Shown here in pieces: positions 14,400 through 31,690 of a DNA stretch of 64,000 bases; positions within the stretch are counted from its first letter, which is position 1, and each line of letters starts with the position of its first letter. A model generated the notes under the pieces. That model did not search any database. It was not told where the DNA came from and worked only from the letters and a program-made list of their open reading frames with translations. The stretch comes from the human T2T-CHM13v2.0 reference genome, Homo sapiens. The stretch lies in NCBI RefSeq assembly GCF_009914755.1, contig NC_060929.1; one strand, given 5' to 3'. The position numbers were made by a program, and so were the translations under genes.

Positions 14400-15207
14400 C
14401 TTTTCTTTTTTTTTTTAAGCCAGATTTTATTTGTATTAAAAAAAAAATCCTCAGGAGACTTAAAAGTTCCAAAGACCTGAAGATATCAAGGTTCAATGTA
14501 CAGCTACAGCGAGGTGCTTGCGATTAGTAACTGAGTCATGGAAGGTTCTATAGTGCCTCGGGGACTTCCACTCCTTCAAATCACTCCTAGTCTTGGTCTT
14601 GTGGTTTTCTGCAAGTTCTCATCGACTGTAACTTTGTAACTTTATACAGGGCTGTCACTCCAGTAAGGAAAAAACAAAACAAAACAAAACCCCTATGGCT
14701 ATCATTGTTAATCCAGTAGAGAAACTGCAGAGTCACAGGGGTCATGTACAACAATGATTCACGGAATCACAGTCGATAACCTTAAGCAGGTGACAAGCAG
14801 ACATTCAGAGCAAGACAAGCATCAGAACTCCTGTTTTCCCGGTAGTCCCATCCATGGATAAGCTTGGACAGATTGGTACATGGTGATTTTTTCTTTTTTT
14901 TTTTGAGACAGAGTCTTGCTCTGTCACCCAGACTGGAGTTGCAGTGGTGTGATCGTGGCTCACTGCAACCTCCACCTCCCGGGTTCAAGCAATTCTCCTG
15001 CCTCAGCCTCCTGAGTAGCTGGGATTACAGGCACATGTCACCATGCCTGGCTAATTTTTGTGTTTTTAGTAGAGACGGGGAGTACGTGGTGATTTTTTGC
15101 TGGTATGGCAGGCAGGAAGCTTTTTTAGTCAAAAGAAGGTCAGGAATAGTATCCCCAAAACAGCCAGATGCCCTCCATCAAGACAAATTGTTTTTGGATA
15201 AAAAGAT
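14400..15207 (-). pseudogene. Probable retroposed mRNA 3' end (parent not recognised), interrupted by an Alu
   Basis: Poly(T) ~14400-14416, AATAAA on - strand at ~14426-14431, non-repeat CpG-containing sequence, possible TSD CCTG(T/A)TTT. Confidence 0.5.
14892..15081 (-). mobile_element. 5'-truncated Alu with TSD
   Basis: Antisense right arm plus linker; TSD GTAC(A/G)TGGTGATTTTT at 14876-14891 and 15082-15097. Confidence 0.92.
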
Positions 15208-15307
15208 CCTGATTTCTTTTTTTAATGTAAAGGTAACTATTATAGGAATAAAATTACAATCTCTTAATTTCAAAGGAAAAGAGACAAGAAATGCTTGAAT
15301 CCAGTAC

Positions 15308-15505
15308 AACAGGAGTTGACAATTTTTTTCTGAAATGTCCTAATAGTAAATATTTTAGTCACTACAGACCATATAATTTCTGTTGCAAATATACAGCTCT
15401 AGCATTGTAGTATGAAAGCAGCTATGTGCTATATATAATTGAATGAGTGTGGCTATGTTCCAACAAAACTTTATTTATATAAAATAGTTTGGTGACAACC
15501 CCTAT
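15308..15505. mobile_element. MER58A-like DNA transposon
   Basis: ATAGTAAATATTTTAG...GAATGAGTGTGGCTATGTTCCAACAAAACTTTATTTA. Confidence 0.7.
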
Positions 15506-15580
15506 AATATTAAGGAGAAAAATAAAAACTTTATTTATATAAAATAGTTTGCTGACCCCTATAATATTAAGGAGAAAAAA
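15465..15580 (+). repeat. ~58-bp tandem duplication spanning the MER58 end
   Basis: AAAACTTTATTTATATAAAATAGTTTG..TGAC..CCCTATAATATTAAGGAGAAAAA occurs twice in tandem. Confidence 0.9.
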
Positions 15581-15735
15581 AGACACAGAGAGGAAAAAAT
15601 GCCTGCCAAATAGAAACACAACAGAATGTAAGCAATAGAAATATAACTGTAATAAATATAAATTCATCAAAATTCCTAGTGAAACATACAGTAATTCATA
15701 AAACTGACAAAAAAAATCCAACTGTGTGTTGATCA

Positions 15736-16318
15736 TGTGAAAGGAAATTAAATTTTGAGACCCCAAACTCATTTAGCCAAAGGGAAAAGTCAAGCTAGGA
15801 ACTGGGTCACGAAAACCTGCCTCACCATTTTGGTTCCTAAATAAGATGACTACAAGATGAAAATCTACACACCTCCCCATATTTTGTCCACAAGGAAATT
15901 CCTAGTGAGCTGCAAGATCTTTTAAGGTGTTTCTGTTAAAATTCCACCATGGCAATGTAAATTGATAGCTTATCTTTATAGGTGCAGTCACTCCTAGTCC
16001 ACCAGACACAAATGCATATCTGATTGTTCTCCTGCCCCATTTTGTCTATGTTATCCCTGCATTTTTCCTCTGCCCCATTTGTTCATGTCATTTTATGTAA
16101 AAAAAAAAAAAAATGAAGATTCATTGAGCCAAAGGCATGAATAACTATTTTTCCCTACCTCCTGTTACATAAAAATTGTGTACTTCTCAATATCACGGCC
16201 TTTCCCCTTTCTTCAGAGAAAGGCATATAGACCTGTCTCCCAGGCATGCATCCCTAACTTTGGCAAACAAACCTGCTAAAATGCTTGAGACTTGTCTCAT
16301 CATTTTTCTGGATTGACA
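15736..16318 (+). mobile_element. MER4-family (MER4D-like) ERV1 solo LTR
   Basis: TGTGAAAGGAAATTAAATTTTGAGACCCCAAA...AAAGTCAAGCT start, TTGACA end, 4-bp TSD ATCA on both sides. Confidence 0.85.
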
Positions 16319-16321
16319 ATC

Positions 16322-16850
16322 ACAAGAGACACATTAAATCATAACTACACCAGAAAGTTTGAGAGAAAGTGGATGAGAAAAGTTAGAACAGAAAAAGTAC
16401 TGAGTAAACTATATTAGTAGAAGACAAAATACATTAGGAGAAAATGTATTGTTTGAGACAAAGATATACCCACCCTGAAGCTGTATGAACTTAACAACAT
16501 AGCCTCAAAATATAAAAATCAAAACTGACAGACTGAAAAGGAAACAATGATAAATCTACAACTACACATTTCTTTCAGAAATGTATCAAGAAGACAAAAA
16601 CCTAATAGAAGATTTTAACCAAAAAATTTAACAAACTTGATTTGTAGACATATATAGAAGTCTGCACTCAATAATTAGAGAATACTCCTTCTCAAACAAA
16701 CATGAAACATTTAGCAAAAGTTAGTCATGTGCTAGGTCACAAAACCAGTCTCAATAAACAGAAAGCATCAGTAACAATCATACCACATTTTTGGACACAC
16801 TGCAGTAAAATTCAATGATTTGTAACCAAAGTATTTGAACTAATTAGAGA
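16322..16850 (+). mobile_element. L1ME endonuclease-region fragment
   Basis: AACAACATAGCCTCAAAATATA, GACATATATAGAAGTCTGCACTCAA, GGTCACAAAACCAGTCTCAATAAA. Confidence 0.65.
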
Positions 16851-16857
16851 ATTCAGT

Positions 16858-17313
16858 AATGAGATATGGACTTGGTGGTTTATTTGGGAAGTTATCCCAG
16901 GAAACAGAGCAAAGGGGCAAACAGAGTGAGGCAAGGAAGGAAGCAAGGCAAATACAGGATGTTTTATTGTGTTTGTTACCTCTTTGAGCAACTGTGATAC
17001 TATCCTGCTTTGGGATCTCCAAGGAATAGTATGGACTGTGCCTCATAACTTTTCATGAAGAGAACAAGAGCCTGGAAAATTTATCCCTTGACTCTGCTGC
17101 TCATTAGTTCAGGGTTGCTCCTGGTATTACTCCTCCACAGTTGTAGTCTGTGCCTGTGCAGCCAAGGAACTTCCAGGTCTTCAGGGAAAACCCTGATGTA
17201 GAAGAGCAGAGATTCACTGAAAATTGCTTGAAGGGGACCTGGCAGCATTCATACAACTGTCCCCTACAGGTTCCCTAAAATCCAGTGGCTTGAGGGAATT
17301 TAGCATCTGCTAC
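16858..17313. mobile_element. LTR33-like ERVL LTR
   Basis: GTTTATTTGGGAAGTTATCCCAGGAAAC...GCAACTG...AGCATCTGCTACA. Confidence 0.65.
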
Positions 17314-18699
17314 AAATTGCATCCTTGAAAAATTAAAACAAAATGATTGTATGCATTATTTAAGATACATAAATATGTGTAAAAGTGTCAAAAATATTCA
17401 AGGGAATAATACAAACTACTTCAAAATCATAGTTTTGGGGTGGATGTAAGAATGAGTGTGACTTCAACTGTAGGTATAATTAATTTCTATAGAGAAAAAA
17501 TGAAGAATCTAAAGGAAATATCACAAAATATTAGTATTTATTAATTTAATAGATATGGGTATCTAGTTATTATTTTCTGTATTTTTTTATATATTCCACA
17601 ATTAAATATTGTTTTGAAAGAATAAGTTCTGGTGCTTTCAATAGAAAGATTTTGCTTGATAATACATGCCATAATTACTGAACCTTCATTAAATAAAGAA
17701 GCTGAACTAGCAAAGCTCAGTTTTGTCTAGGTAGGCCCTGGCCTCCTCCAGAAGCAAAATTAAATGTTATGTTGTTTTCTGTTTCTTTAGGGGAAGTGTC
17801 CCTTTAAGGATCTGAACTTTGAGCACATGAGTCAAGCTCAAACAACAGTTTTCAGTCACAAGCTGTCTCAGCAGGTCATGGTGGCCTCCATCTTTCAGTT
17901 TGTGGTTATCACTTAAATTATCCTGGAAGAGTATTCTTAGCAATCTTTCAAATTCCTTTCCAAGTCCCTGTCAGTTTAGGTTCACCATTTTTATGGTCTA
18001 ATTGGTTAATTATCATAAAATGATACACAGTGTACATGCGATCATGCTTTATAGCTGTTGTAAAAATAGATTATCACTCTAACTCTGTCTGGCCACAGGT
18101 GTGTTTGTTTTAATGGATTACAACAAGATTAGATTAGATTATCAGTCTAATCTTTTCAATTTACAGAAAATGAGGCCTAGAAAAATCAGATTTTTTTGTA
18201 CTTAGTAACTAGTAGGTGACAAAGTTGAAAATCAAATTTTGGACCCATCATTATCATCAGTCTATGAGATAATATCTACGTTCCTTAGAGGTTACAGAAT
18301 AAAACAAGTTATCTGTGAAGATCTGAAAGTATCACTCATTAAGACATCACAATTTATAGCCACCTGATTTAATCACTGTGGATAGCATAAGCATAATGCA
18401 TCTGGCACTAGGAGCCATGCTCCTGGGTGGTATTCATGTCCAGCCTGTGCCTGTCTAATGCACTTATGCCCCTGGGATCTTCAGAGACAAATACCTTGCA
18501 TGATTTCATGGTGTGTTAAGGCAGATCTTGTGTGTTGATATCATCTATAACAGCCTTAGCAAAAGCCATAACATCACTAATGTGATTAGGCACACCCCAT
18601 CAGAATTATCAAAATTGCCCAGATCATTTGCCATTGGGTCAAAGAACCACTAGACTGGAGAGGACTTTGAGAAGTCACCTAGGGTACCTGTATCTAACA

Positions 18700-18857
18700 C
18701 AGTGTTTCTCAAACATTAATGTGTATATGAATCACACAGGGAGCTTGTTAATGGAGATTCTGATTAAGTAGGTTTGTGCTATGGCCTGAAATTCTTCATT
18801 TCTAACAAAGGTGATATCAACACTGCTAGTCTTAGGACCAGCCTTGAAGTAGCAAAG
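18700..18857. mobile_element. MER5A
   Basis: CAGTGTTTCTCAAAC...GAATCAC...GATTCTGATT...CATTTCTAACAA...GGACCA...GTAGCA. Confidence 0.75.
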
Positions 18858-19199
18858 CTTTTTCCTGTGGTTAAAAATTGCCCAGGGTCTATGACAAAGA
18901 AGTTGTGCTTCTCTGAGACAGGACACTGATGGCCAGAGAGGGTTGGTGGCAGGTGTTTTGTGTAAGCAACACTCACAAAGCTAGTTATGTGCTGTCTAAA
19001 TGCTTGTCTACACTAGTCAGAAACAAACTATTTGGCACTGCCAAAGTGCTTGACCCTGAAGGTTGCATTGGAGCATCTATAGACTCAGAGCTAGTAATTT
19101 TGCAAACAGCAAATTTCCCCACTTCTTAATTTAGAAAGAATGCATCGTGGTCTATCAGCTTAAAAAAGTAGATTGAAGAGGGAAAAAATGCAACCTGGA

Positions 19200-19400
19200 A
19201 TGACAGGGTTCAGATCTGGTATCAAACTCCAGCTCTTTCATTTACCTTCTGTGTGACCTTGGGTAAGTTTCTTAAAGCCTTTGACACTCAATTTCCACAA
19301 GTCTAAAAGGAAAATAATATTAATATTAACCAAGTCACAAGGACTTTGCACGTTAAACAGGATAATGATTTGAAAATCCTTTTGTAAACTAAGTGCTCTA
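19200..19400 (+). mobile_element. MIR
   Basis: TGTGTGACCTTGGGTAAGTTTCTTAA core. Confidence 0.6.
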
Positions 19401-20125
19401 CATGTAATAGTTTCATTAAAAGGTAATAGTTTTAAAAGAATAGATAAATCCTAATGATACCCCCATTGAATTTTAAAGGCTTCAGCAATTGCATTTTAGA
19501 AAACAGCCAGTATTTCATTCTTTATCTATCCCTAGTGAGTCTAATATCAGAGAGAGATCAGATGGGCAGTCTTCTCAGGGTCTCAGGCAAAATGGTCACT
19601 GTTTATCTGTTCCCAATATTCCTTCCAGGTACCTGTAGCTACACCTGGAAGAATGCTCGTATGCTGTTTAAACACAGGGTGATGCTTATTACAAAATGAT
19701 GAAGTTCCCCTAAATGTTCTTTAGGTCCTAAATTTATCAGGTGTTCTCTTCACTACCATCTACCCTAATCATAACATGAAACATGTAACGGTGTACAAAT
19801 TAGATCAACTTAGGTACACATACATAGTATGTGTTTAGGGTTTTCACTTTTTGTACCTCTAAGTGTTTAAGGTTTTATACTTCACATTGTGCCTTTGTAT
19901 ATGTACCTAATTTGATTCTCTTAGCTATCCGTAACTTGCTTGTTATTAGTACCTAAGGATTATACGTTACTCCAAATATATATCAAAATAATTTATAAAT
20001 GTCTTTTGCCATAAAATATGATGCTTGTATATTGCAATGGATACTGTGGTTGCCTCCCCTTCTCTTGGTAACAACTCCATATTTATTTGGTATTCACACC
20101 TCTTCATGAAGCCTACATACTTAGA

Positions 20126-20348
20126 ACAGGGGGTCTCCCCTGCGAGCTATTTTGCCCCTACACCCAGGATGTTTGGCAATGTCTGGAGACATTTTTAGTT
20201 GTCACAATATGGAAAGGCAACTTCTGGCAACTCATAAATAGAGGACAGGAATGCTGCTAAATATACTACAGTGCACAGGACGGCCCCTCACACCAAAGAT
20301 TTATCCAGCCCACAATGTCACTATTGCTCAAGGTGAGAAGCCGACTTA
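20126..20348. mobile_element. MER20 DNA transposon
   Basis: TTTGGCAATGTCTGGAGACATTTTTAGTTGTCACAA...GAATGCTGCTAAA...CAGTGCACAGGACGGCCCC. Confidence 0.85.
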
Positions 20349-23300
20349 GAGAACAGCTAACTCTACCTCTAACTCTAGCAGTGGCACAGGTAGTTCAAGC
20401 CTGCTTAAAAATCACAGTCCCATCTTGCAAGAATTATAGATTTAGGGTAAATGCATGACCTTAAATCGTCAATGAACCTGAAGAAGACATTTCCAGAGGG
20501 TTTTTGGAATAAGAAAGCTTCCTTAATCTTTTGAGAGAGGTTTTGGAAGTGGCTGTTGTTGGTTCCACTTCCAGCTAGGATGAATTAACAGGGACCAATT
20601 TTATCCACCTGTTGGAGGTAACTGGAAAGCAGGAAAAAATATAAGACACATAGGACATCAGACTGTGCAGGACAATGATACCTAAAAAAGAGAAAAAACT
20701 CAAAAATAAAAAGAAACAGAGTATCAGTGAGCCATGGAACAACTTCAAGCAAGCTAATTATATGTGTTACTAGATTAACCAGGGTGGGATGGGGGCAGAA
20801 AAATATTTGAAGCAATAATGGGTAACACTTTTCCGAATTCTAGAAACTCAAGATCCAAGAATCTCCTCAATTGAGGGCTCATTACTCAATAAGTACAAGA
20901 AAAAAAAATAAAAGAGAGACTATCATTATAGTAAAAGAAATTTAAGTCAGTGGTGGAAATCCATAAACTATTTCCCTTAAAAGAGGTCTGTATGTTAAAT
21001 AGTTTTGTAAAACCTGTTTTAAATATATTTGCATTTCTTCTGTAAATCAGTACTACAATAGAAATAGTTTGATTTTGCTTTTAGCAGAACTCAAAACTAG
21101 CTTGGATATGTCAATAGATCTCATTGTTCTGCCAATGTATTATTCATCAGGGTCACATGGTCAGGCCAGACCGAGCTTACAAGGCAGCTGGAAACTCTGC
21201 CCAATTCAATTATCTGTTTCACCACAGCTACAAATCATGTACTTCCTTAATGTATGTGTTTAGGGGCTTGACTCCCATCCCATTCTCCATTTAGAGACAC
21301 TCAAAGCCAAGGTAGTCTATGACCTCCTGCAAACTTCCCTACCTGCCCTTGACCAGTGGCAGTGGCTCCCTGCCTTCCTCCCTCTCAAGCAGGCCCAGCT
21401 AAGTTTCCACTGGCTATTTTTAAACTCTGAGTGGCTAAATGAATTAACTCAATTTGTAGAAGAAAAGACAAGGAAGCTGTGTTTTGGCATTTAATCCACA
21501 CATCTTTCTTCCATCCAGCTTTTCCATTAAATAAAACTGGTACTTTAAACCTCCACATTTTTTTAAAAAATTGTACCATTTACACAGTCATGAAAAAAAA
21601 AATCAACTAGCCTTAAACTATCAGCATGCTGACTTTCTGATTACTTGCTAAGAAACCCCAAAAGACAAACTACAGACACGTTCTTAAAATATTTCCTCAA
21701 GAACGTGGGGCACATTATTCTTGTCACATCCTGACTGCCAGGAGGAGCTACATCCCTCTCCCCAAGTGGAACTGCCAGGAATGAAAGCTAAGAAGCCCCA
21801 TTGTCTGCCTGTGGAACTCGGCACAGTCACTGCTTGGTATTCCTGGGTCCGTGAGCACAGGCTCAGCTTCCTTGTTTTTTTTAACAACGTGCCTGTCCAT
21901 GTATTGTTTGCCAACTCTTAGGATCCCTTTCCCTTGCATCTCGGCCTGAGCACTTGTTTATTGTGCACACTAAAAAGTACGGTCTGTTGAAGAGAAACAA
22001 GGCAATTTCTAAAAGCAAAGTCAGGCTGGAACAGTCTGTGTTCAAAACATAGAGTTTTTGATCTTTTTGTCTTACTTGTCTGTTTTTTTTAATTTATTTT
22101 TAATTTCAGTGGGTTTTGAGAGAGCAGGTGGTGTTTGGTTACATGAATAAGTTATTTAGGGGTGATTTCTGAGATTGTGGTGCACCCATCACCCAAGCAC
22201 TGTACCCAACGTGTAGTCTTTTATCCCTCACCCACCTCCTGCCCTTTCCCCAAAGTCCCCAAAGTCCAATATATCATTCTTTTGCCTTTGTGTCCTCATA
22301 GCTTATCTCCCACATATGAGTGAGAACGTTCAATGATTGGCTTTCCATTCCTGAGTTACTTCACTTAGAATAATAGTCTCCAATTCCATCCAGGTTGCTA
22401 CAAATGCCATTATTTCCTTCCTTCTGATGGCTGAGTAGTATGCCATGGTGTATATATATAACATTTTCTTTATCCACTTGTTGGTTGATGGTCATTTGTG
22501 CTGGTTCCATATTTTTGAAATTGCAAATTGTGCTGCTATAAACATGCATGTGCAAGTATTTTTTTCGTAAAATGATTTCTTTTCCTGGGGTAGATACTTA
22601 GTAGTGGGATTGCTGGATCAAACGGTAGATGTACTTTTAGCTCTTTAAGGAAACTCCACACTGTTTCCCATAGTGTTTGTACTAGTTTACATTTCCACCA
22701 ATGGTGTAAAAGTATTCCCTTTTCACCGCGTATATGACAACATCTATTATTTTTGGATTTTTTTGTAATGGCCATTCTTGCAGGAGGGAGGTGGCATTGC
22801 ATTGTGGTTTTGATTTGCAGTTTTCTGATAATTAGTGATATTGAGCATTTTTCCATATGCTTGTTGGCCATTTGTATACCTTCCTTTGAGAATTGTCCAA
22901 TCATGTCCTTAGCCCACTTTTTGATGGGATTGTTTGTCTTTTTCTTGCTGATTTGTTTGAGTTCCTTGTAGATTCTGGATATTAGTCCTTTGTTGGATGT
23001 GTAGATTGTGAAGATTTTCTCCCACTCTGTGGGTTGTCTGTGAACTCTGCCAACTTTGCCGATTATTTCTTTTGCTGTGCAGAAGCTTTTTAGTTTAGTT
23101 AAATTCCGTCAATTTATCTTTGTTTTGTTGCATTTGCTTTTGGGTTCTTGGTCACGAATTCTTTGCCTAAGCCAACGTCAAGGAGGGTTTTTCCGATGTT
23201 ATCTTCTAGAGTTTTTATGGGTTCAGGTCCTACATTTAAGTCTCTGATCCATCTTGAGTTGATTTTTGTAAAAGGTGAGAGATGAGGATCCAGTTTTACT

Positions 23301-26300
23301 CTTCTACACGTGGCTTGCCAATTATCCCAGCACCATTTGCTGAATAGGGTGTCCTTTCCCCACTTTATGTTTTTGCTTGCTTAGTCAAAGATCAGTTGGC
23401 TGTAATATTTGGGTTTACTTCTGAGTTCTCTATTCTGTTCCATTGGTCTGTGTGCCTATTTTTATACCAGTACCATGATGTTTTGGTGACTATGGACTTG
23501 TAGTATAGTTTGAAGTCTGGTAATGCGATACCTCCAGATTTGCTTATTTTTGCTTAGTCTTGATTTGGTTATGCAGGCTCTGTTTTGGTTCCATATGAAT
23601 TTTAGGACTGTTTTTTTCTTTCTGCGAAGAATGATGGTGGTATTTTGATGATAATTGCATTGAATTTGTAGATTGTTTTTGGCAGTATGGTCATTTTCAC
23701 AATATTGGTTGTACTCATCCATGAGCATGGGATGTGTTTCCATTTGATTGTGTCATCTATGATTTCCTTCAGCAGTGTTTTGAGTTTTCCTTGTGGAGGT
23801 CTTTCATGTCCTTGGTTAGATATATTCCTAAGTAATTTTTTTGCAACTATTGTAAAATGGGTTGAGTTCTTGATTTGATTATCAGTTTGGTCGCTGTTGG
23901 CATATAGCAGAGCTACTAATTTGTGTACATTAATTTTGTATCTTGAAACTTTGCTGAATTTATTTATCAGTTCTGGGAGTTTTGGGGGAATCTTTAGATT
24001 TTTCTAGGTATATGATCGTATCATCAGCAAACAGTGACAGTTTGACTTCCTCTTTACCAATTTGGATGCCCTTTATTTCTTTCTCTTGTCTGATTGCTCT
24101 GGCTAGGACTTCCAGTACTATGTTGAATAGAAGTGGTGAGAGTGAGCATCCTTGTCTTGTTCCAGTTCTCAGGGGAAATGCTTTCAACTTTTCTCCATTC
24201 GGTATTATGTTGGCTGTGGGTTAGTCATAGATGGCTTTTATTTCCTTAAGGTGAGTCCCTTCTATGCCGATTTTGCTGAGAGTTTTAATTATACAGGGAT
24301 GCTGGATTTTGTCAAATGTTTTTTTCTGTGTCCATTGAGATAATCATGTGATTTTTGTTTTTAATTCTGTTTATGTGGTATATTACATTATTGACTTCTG
24401 GATGTTAAACCATCTCTGCATCCTGGATATGAAACCCACTTAATCATGCTAAATTATCTTTTTGATATGCTGTTGGATTCAGTTAGCTATTATTTTGTTG
24501 AGTGTTTTTGTATCTATGTTCATCAGGGATATTGGTCTGTAGATTTCTTTTTTTGTTATGTCCTTTTCTGGTTTTGGTATTAGGATGTTAACTGGCTTCA
24601 TAGAATGATTTAGGGAGGGTTCCCTCTTTCTCTAACTTTTGGAATAGTGTCAACAGGATTGGAGCCAATTCTTCTTTGAATGTCTGATAGAATTCAGCTG
24701 TGAATCCGTCTGACCATGGATTTTTTTTGTTAGCAATTTTTTTATTACCATTTCAATGTCGCTGATTGTTATTGGTCTGCTCAGAGTTTCTATGTCTTCC
24801 CGTTTTAATCGAGGAGGGCTGTATATTTCCAGGAATTTATCCATCTCCTTTAGGTTTTCCAGTTTATGCATGTAAAGGTGTTCATGGTAGCCTTGCATAA
24901 ACTTTTGTTTTTCTGTGGTATCAGTTCTAATATCTCCCGTTTTGTTTCTAATTGAGCTTATTTGGACCTTCTCTCTTCTTTTATTGGTTAATCTTGCTAA
25001 TAATCTATCAATTTTATTTATCTTTCAAAGAAACAGTTTTTTGTTTCATTTATCTTTTGTATTGTTTTTGTTGTTTCAATTTCATTTAGTTCCGCTCTGA
25101 TCTTGGTTATTTCTTTTCTTCTGCTGAGTTTGGGTTTGGATTGTTCTTGTTTCTCCAGTTCTGTGAGGTGTGACCTTAGATTGTCTATTTGTGCTCTTTT
25201 GGACTTTTTGATGTAGGCATTTAATGCTATGAACTTTCCTCTTAGCACCATTTTTGCTGTATCCCAGAGGTTTTATAGGTTGTGTCACTATTATGGTTCA
25301 GTTCAAACATTTTTTAAATTTTTATCTTGATTTCTTTGTTGACCCAATGATCAATCAGGGGCAGGTTATTTAATTTCCATCTATTTGAATGGTTTTGGGG
25401 GCTCCTTTTGGAGTTGATATCCAATTTATTCTACTGTGGTCTGACAGACTACTTGATACAATTTTGATTTTCTTAAATTTATTGAGACTTGTTTTGTGGT
25501 CTATCTTGGAGAATGTTCCATGTGCTGATGAATAGAATGTATATTCTGCAGTTGTTGGATAGAATCTTCTATAAATATCTGTTAAGCCCATTTTCTCTAA
25601 GGTATAGTTTAAGTCCATTTTTTGTTGTTGTTGACTTTCTGTCTTGATGACCTGTCTAGTGCTGTCACTGGAGTATTAAAGTCCCCCACTATTATTGTGT
25701 TGTCATCTATCTCATTTCTTAGGTTGAGTAGTAATTGTTTTATAAATTTGGGATCTCCAGTGTTAGGTTCATATATATTTAGAATTGTGATTATTATCCT
25801 GTTGAACTAGTCCTTTTATAACTATATAATGTCCCTCTTTATCTTTTTTAACTGCTGCTGCTTTAAAGTTTGTTTAGTCTGATATAAGAATAGCTACTCC
25901 TGGGATCTGGTTCCAAGATGGTCGAATAGGAACAGCTCCAGTCTGTAGCTCCCAGTGTGAGCAATGCAGAAGATGGGTGATTTCTGCATTTCCAACTGAG
26001 GTACTGGGTTCATCTCACTGGGGCAGCACCTGGAAAATTGGGACACTCCCACCCTAATACTGCACTTTTCCAACTGTCTTAGCAAACGGCACACCAGGAC
26101 ATTATATCCCATGCATGGCTCGGAGGGTCCCATACCCATGGAGCCTTGCTCACTGCTAGCACAGCAGTCCGAGATCAAACTGCAAGGCGGCAGCAAGGCT
26201 GGGGGAGGGGCGTCCGCCATTACTGAGGCTTGAGTAGGTAAACAAAGCAGCCTGGAAGCTCAAATTCAGTGGAACCCACTGTAGCTCAAGGAGGCCTGCC

Positions 26301-26791
26301 AGACTCTGTAGGCTCCACCTCTGGGGGCACAGCATAGCTGAACAAAGGTAGCAGAGACATCTGCAGACTTAAACGTCTCTGTCTGACAGCTTTGAAGAGA
26401 GTAGTGGTTCTCCCAGCATGGAGTTTGAGATCTGAGAACAGACAGACTGCCTCCTCAAGTGGGTCTTTGACCCCCGAGTAACCTAACTGGGAGACACCTC
26501 CCAGTAGGGGCCGACTGACACCTCATACAGCTGGGTGCCCCTCTGAGATGAAGATTCCAGAGGAAGGATCAGGCAGCATTTGCTGTTCTGCAATATTTGC
26601 TGTTCTGCAGCCTTCACTGGTGATACCCAGGCAAACAGGGTCTGGAGTGCACCTCCAGGAAACTCCAAAAGACCTGCAGCTGAGGGTCCTGACTGTTAGA
26701 AGGAAAACTAACAAACATAAAGGACATCCACACAACAACCCCATCTCTAGGTCACCACAATCAAAGACCAAAGGTAGATAAAACCACAAAG

Positions 26792-27798
26792 ATGGGGAGA
26801 AACCGGAGCAGAAAAGCTGAAAATTTCAAAACTCAGAGTGCCTCTTCTCCTCCAAAGGAATGCAGCTCCTCACCAGCAATGGGACAAAGCTGGATGAAGA
26901 ATGACTTTGACGAGTTGAAAGAAGTAGGCCTCAGAAGATCAGTAATAACAAACTTCTCCCAGCTAAAGGAGGATGTTCAAACCCATCACAAAGAAGCTAA
27001 AAACCTTGAAAAAAGATTAGATGGATGGCTAACTAGAATAAACAGCATAGAGAAGACCTTAAATGACCTGATGGAGCTGAAAACCATGGCACAAAAACTA
27101 CGTGACACATGAACAAGCTTCAGTAGCCAATTCGATCAAGTGGAAGAAAGAGTATCAGTGATTGAAGATCAAATGAATAAAATGAAGCAGGAAGAGAAAT
27201 TTAGAGAAAAGCAAGTAAAAAGAAATGAACAAAGCCTCCAAGAAATATGGGACTATTTGAAAAGACCAAATCTATGTCTGATTGGTGTACCCGAAAGTGA
27301 CAGAACCAAGTTGGAAAACACTCCTCAGGATATTATCCAGGAGAACTTCCCCACCATAGCAAGGCAGGCCAACATTCAAATTCAGGAAATACACAAAATG
27401 CCACAAAGATACTCCTCGAGAAGAGCAACTACAAGACACATAATTGTCATATACACCAAAGTTGAAATGAAGGAAAAAATGTTAAGGGCAGCCAGAGAGA
27501 AAGGTCGGGTTACCCACAAAGGGAAGCCCATCGGACTAACAGCGGATCTCTCAGCAGAAACTCTACAAGCCAGAAGAGAGTGGGGGCCAATATTCAACAT
27601 TCTTAGAGAAAAGAATTTTCAACCCAGAATTTCATATCCAGCCTAACTAAGCTTCATAAGTGAAGGAGAAATAAAATCCTTTACAAACAAGCAAATGCTG
27701 AGAGATTTTGTCACCATCAGGTCTGCCTTACAAAAGCTCTTGAAGGAAGCACTAGGAGCAACTGGTATCAGCCACTGCAAAAACATGCCAAATTGTAA
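26792..27798 (+). pseudogene. L1 ORF1p remnant with premature stops
   Basis: MGRNRSRKAEN..., QSLQEIWDY..RPNL, ADLSAETLQARREWGPIF; stops at 27112 and 27646. Confidence 0.92.
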
Positions 27799-27861
27799 AG
27801 ACCATTGACGCTAGGAAGAAACTGCATCAACTAATGAGCAAAATAACCAACTAACATCATA

Positions 27862-31690
<3,829 letters not shown>

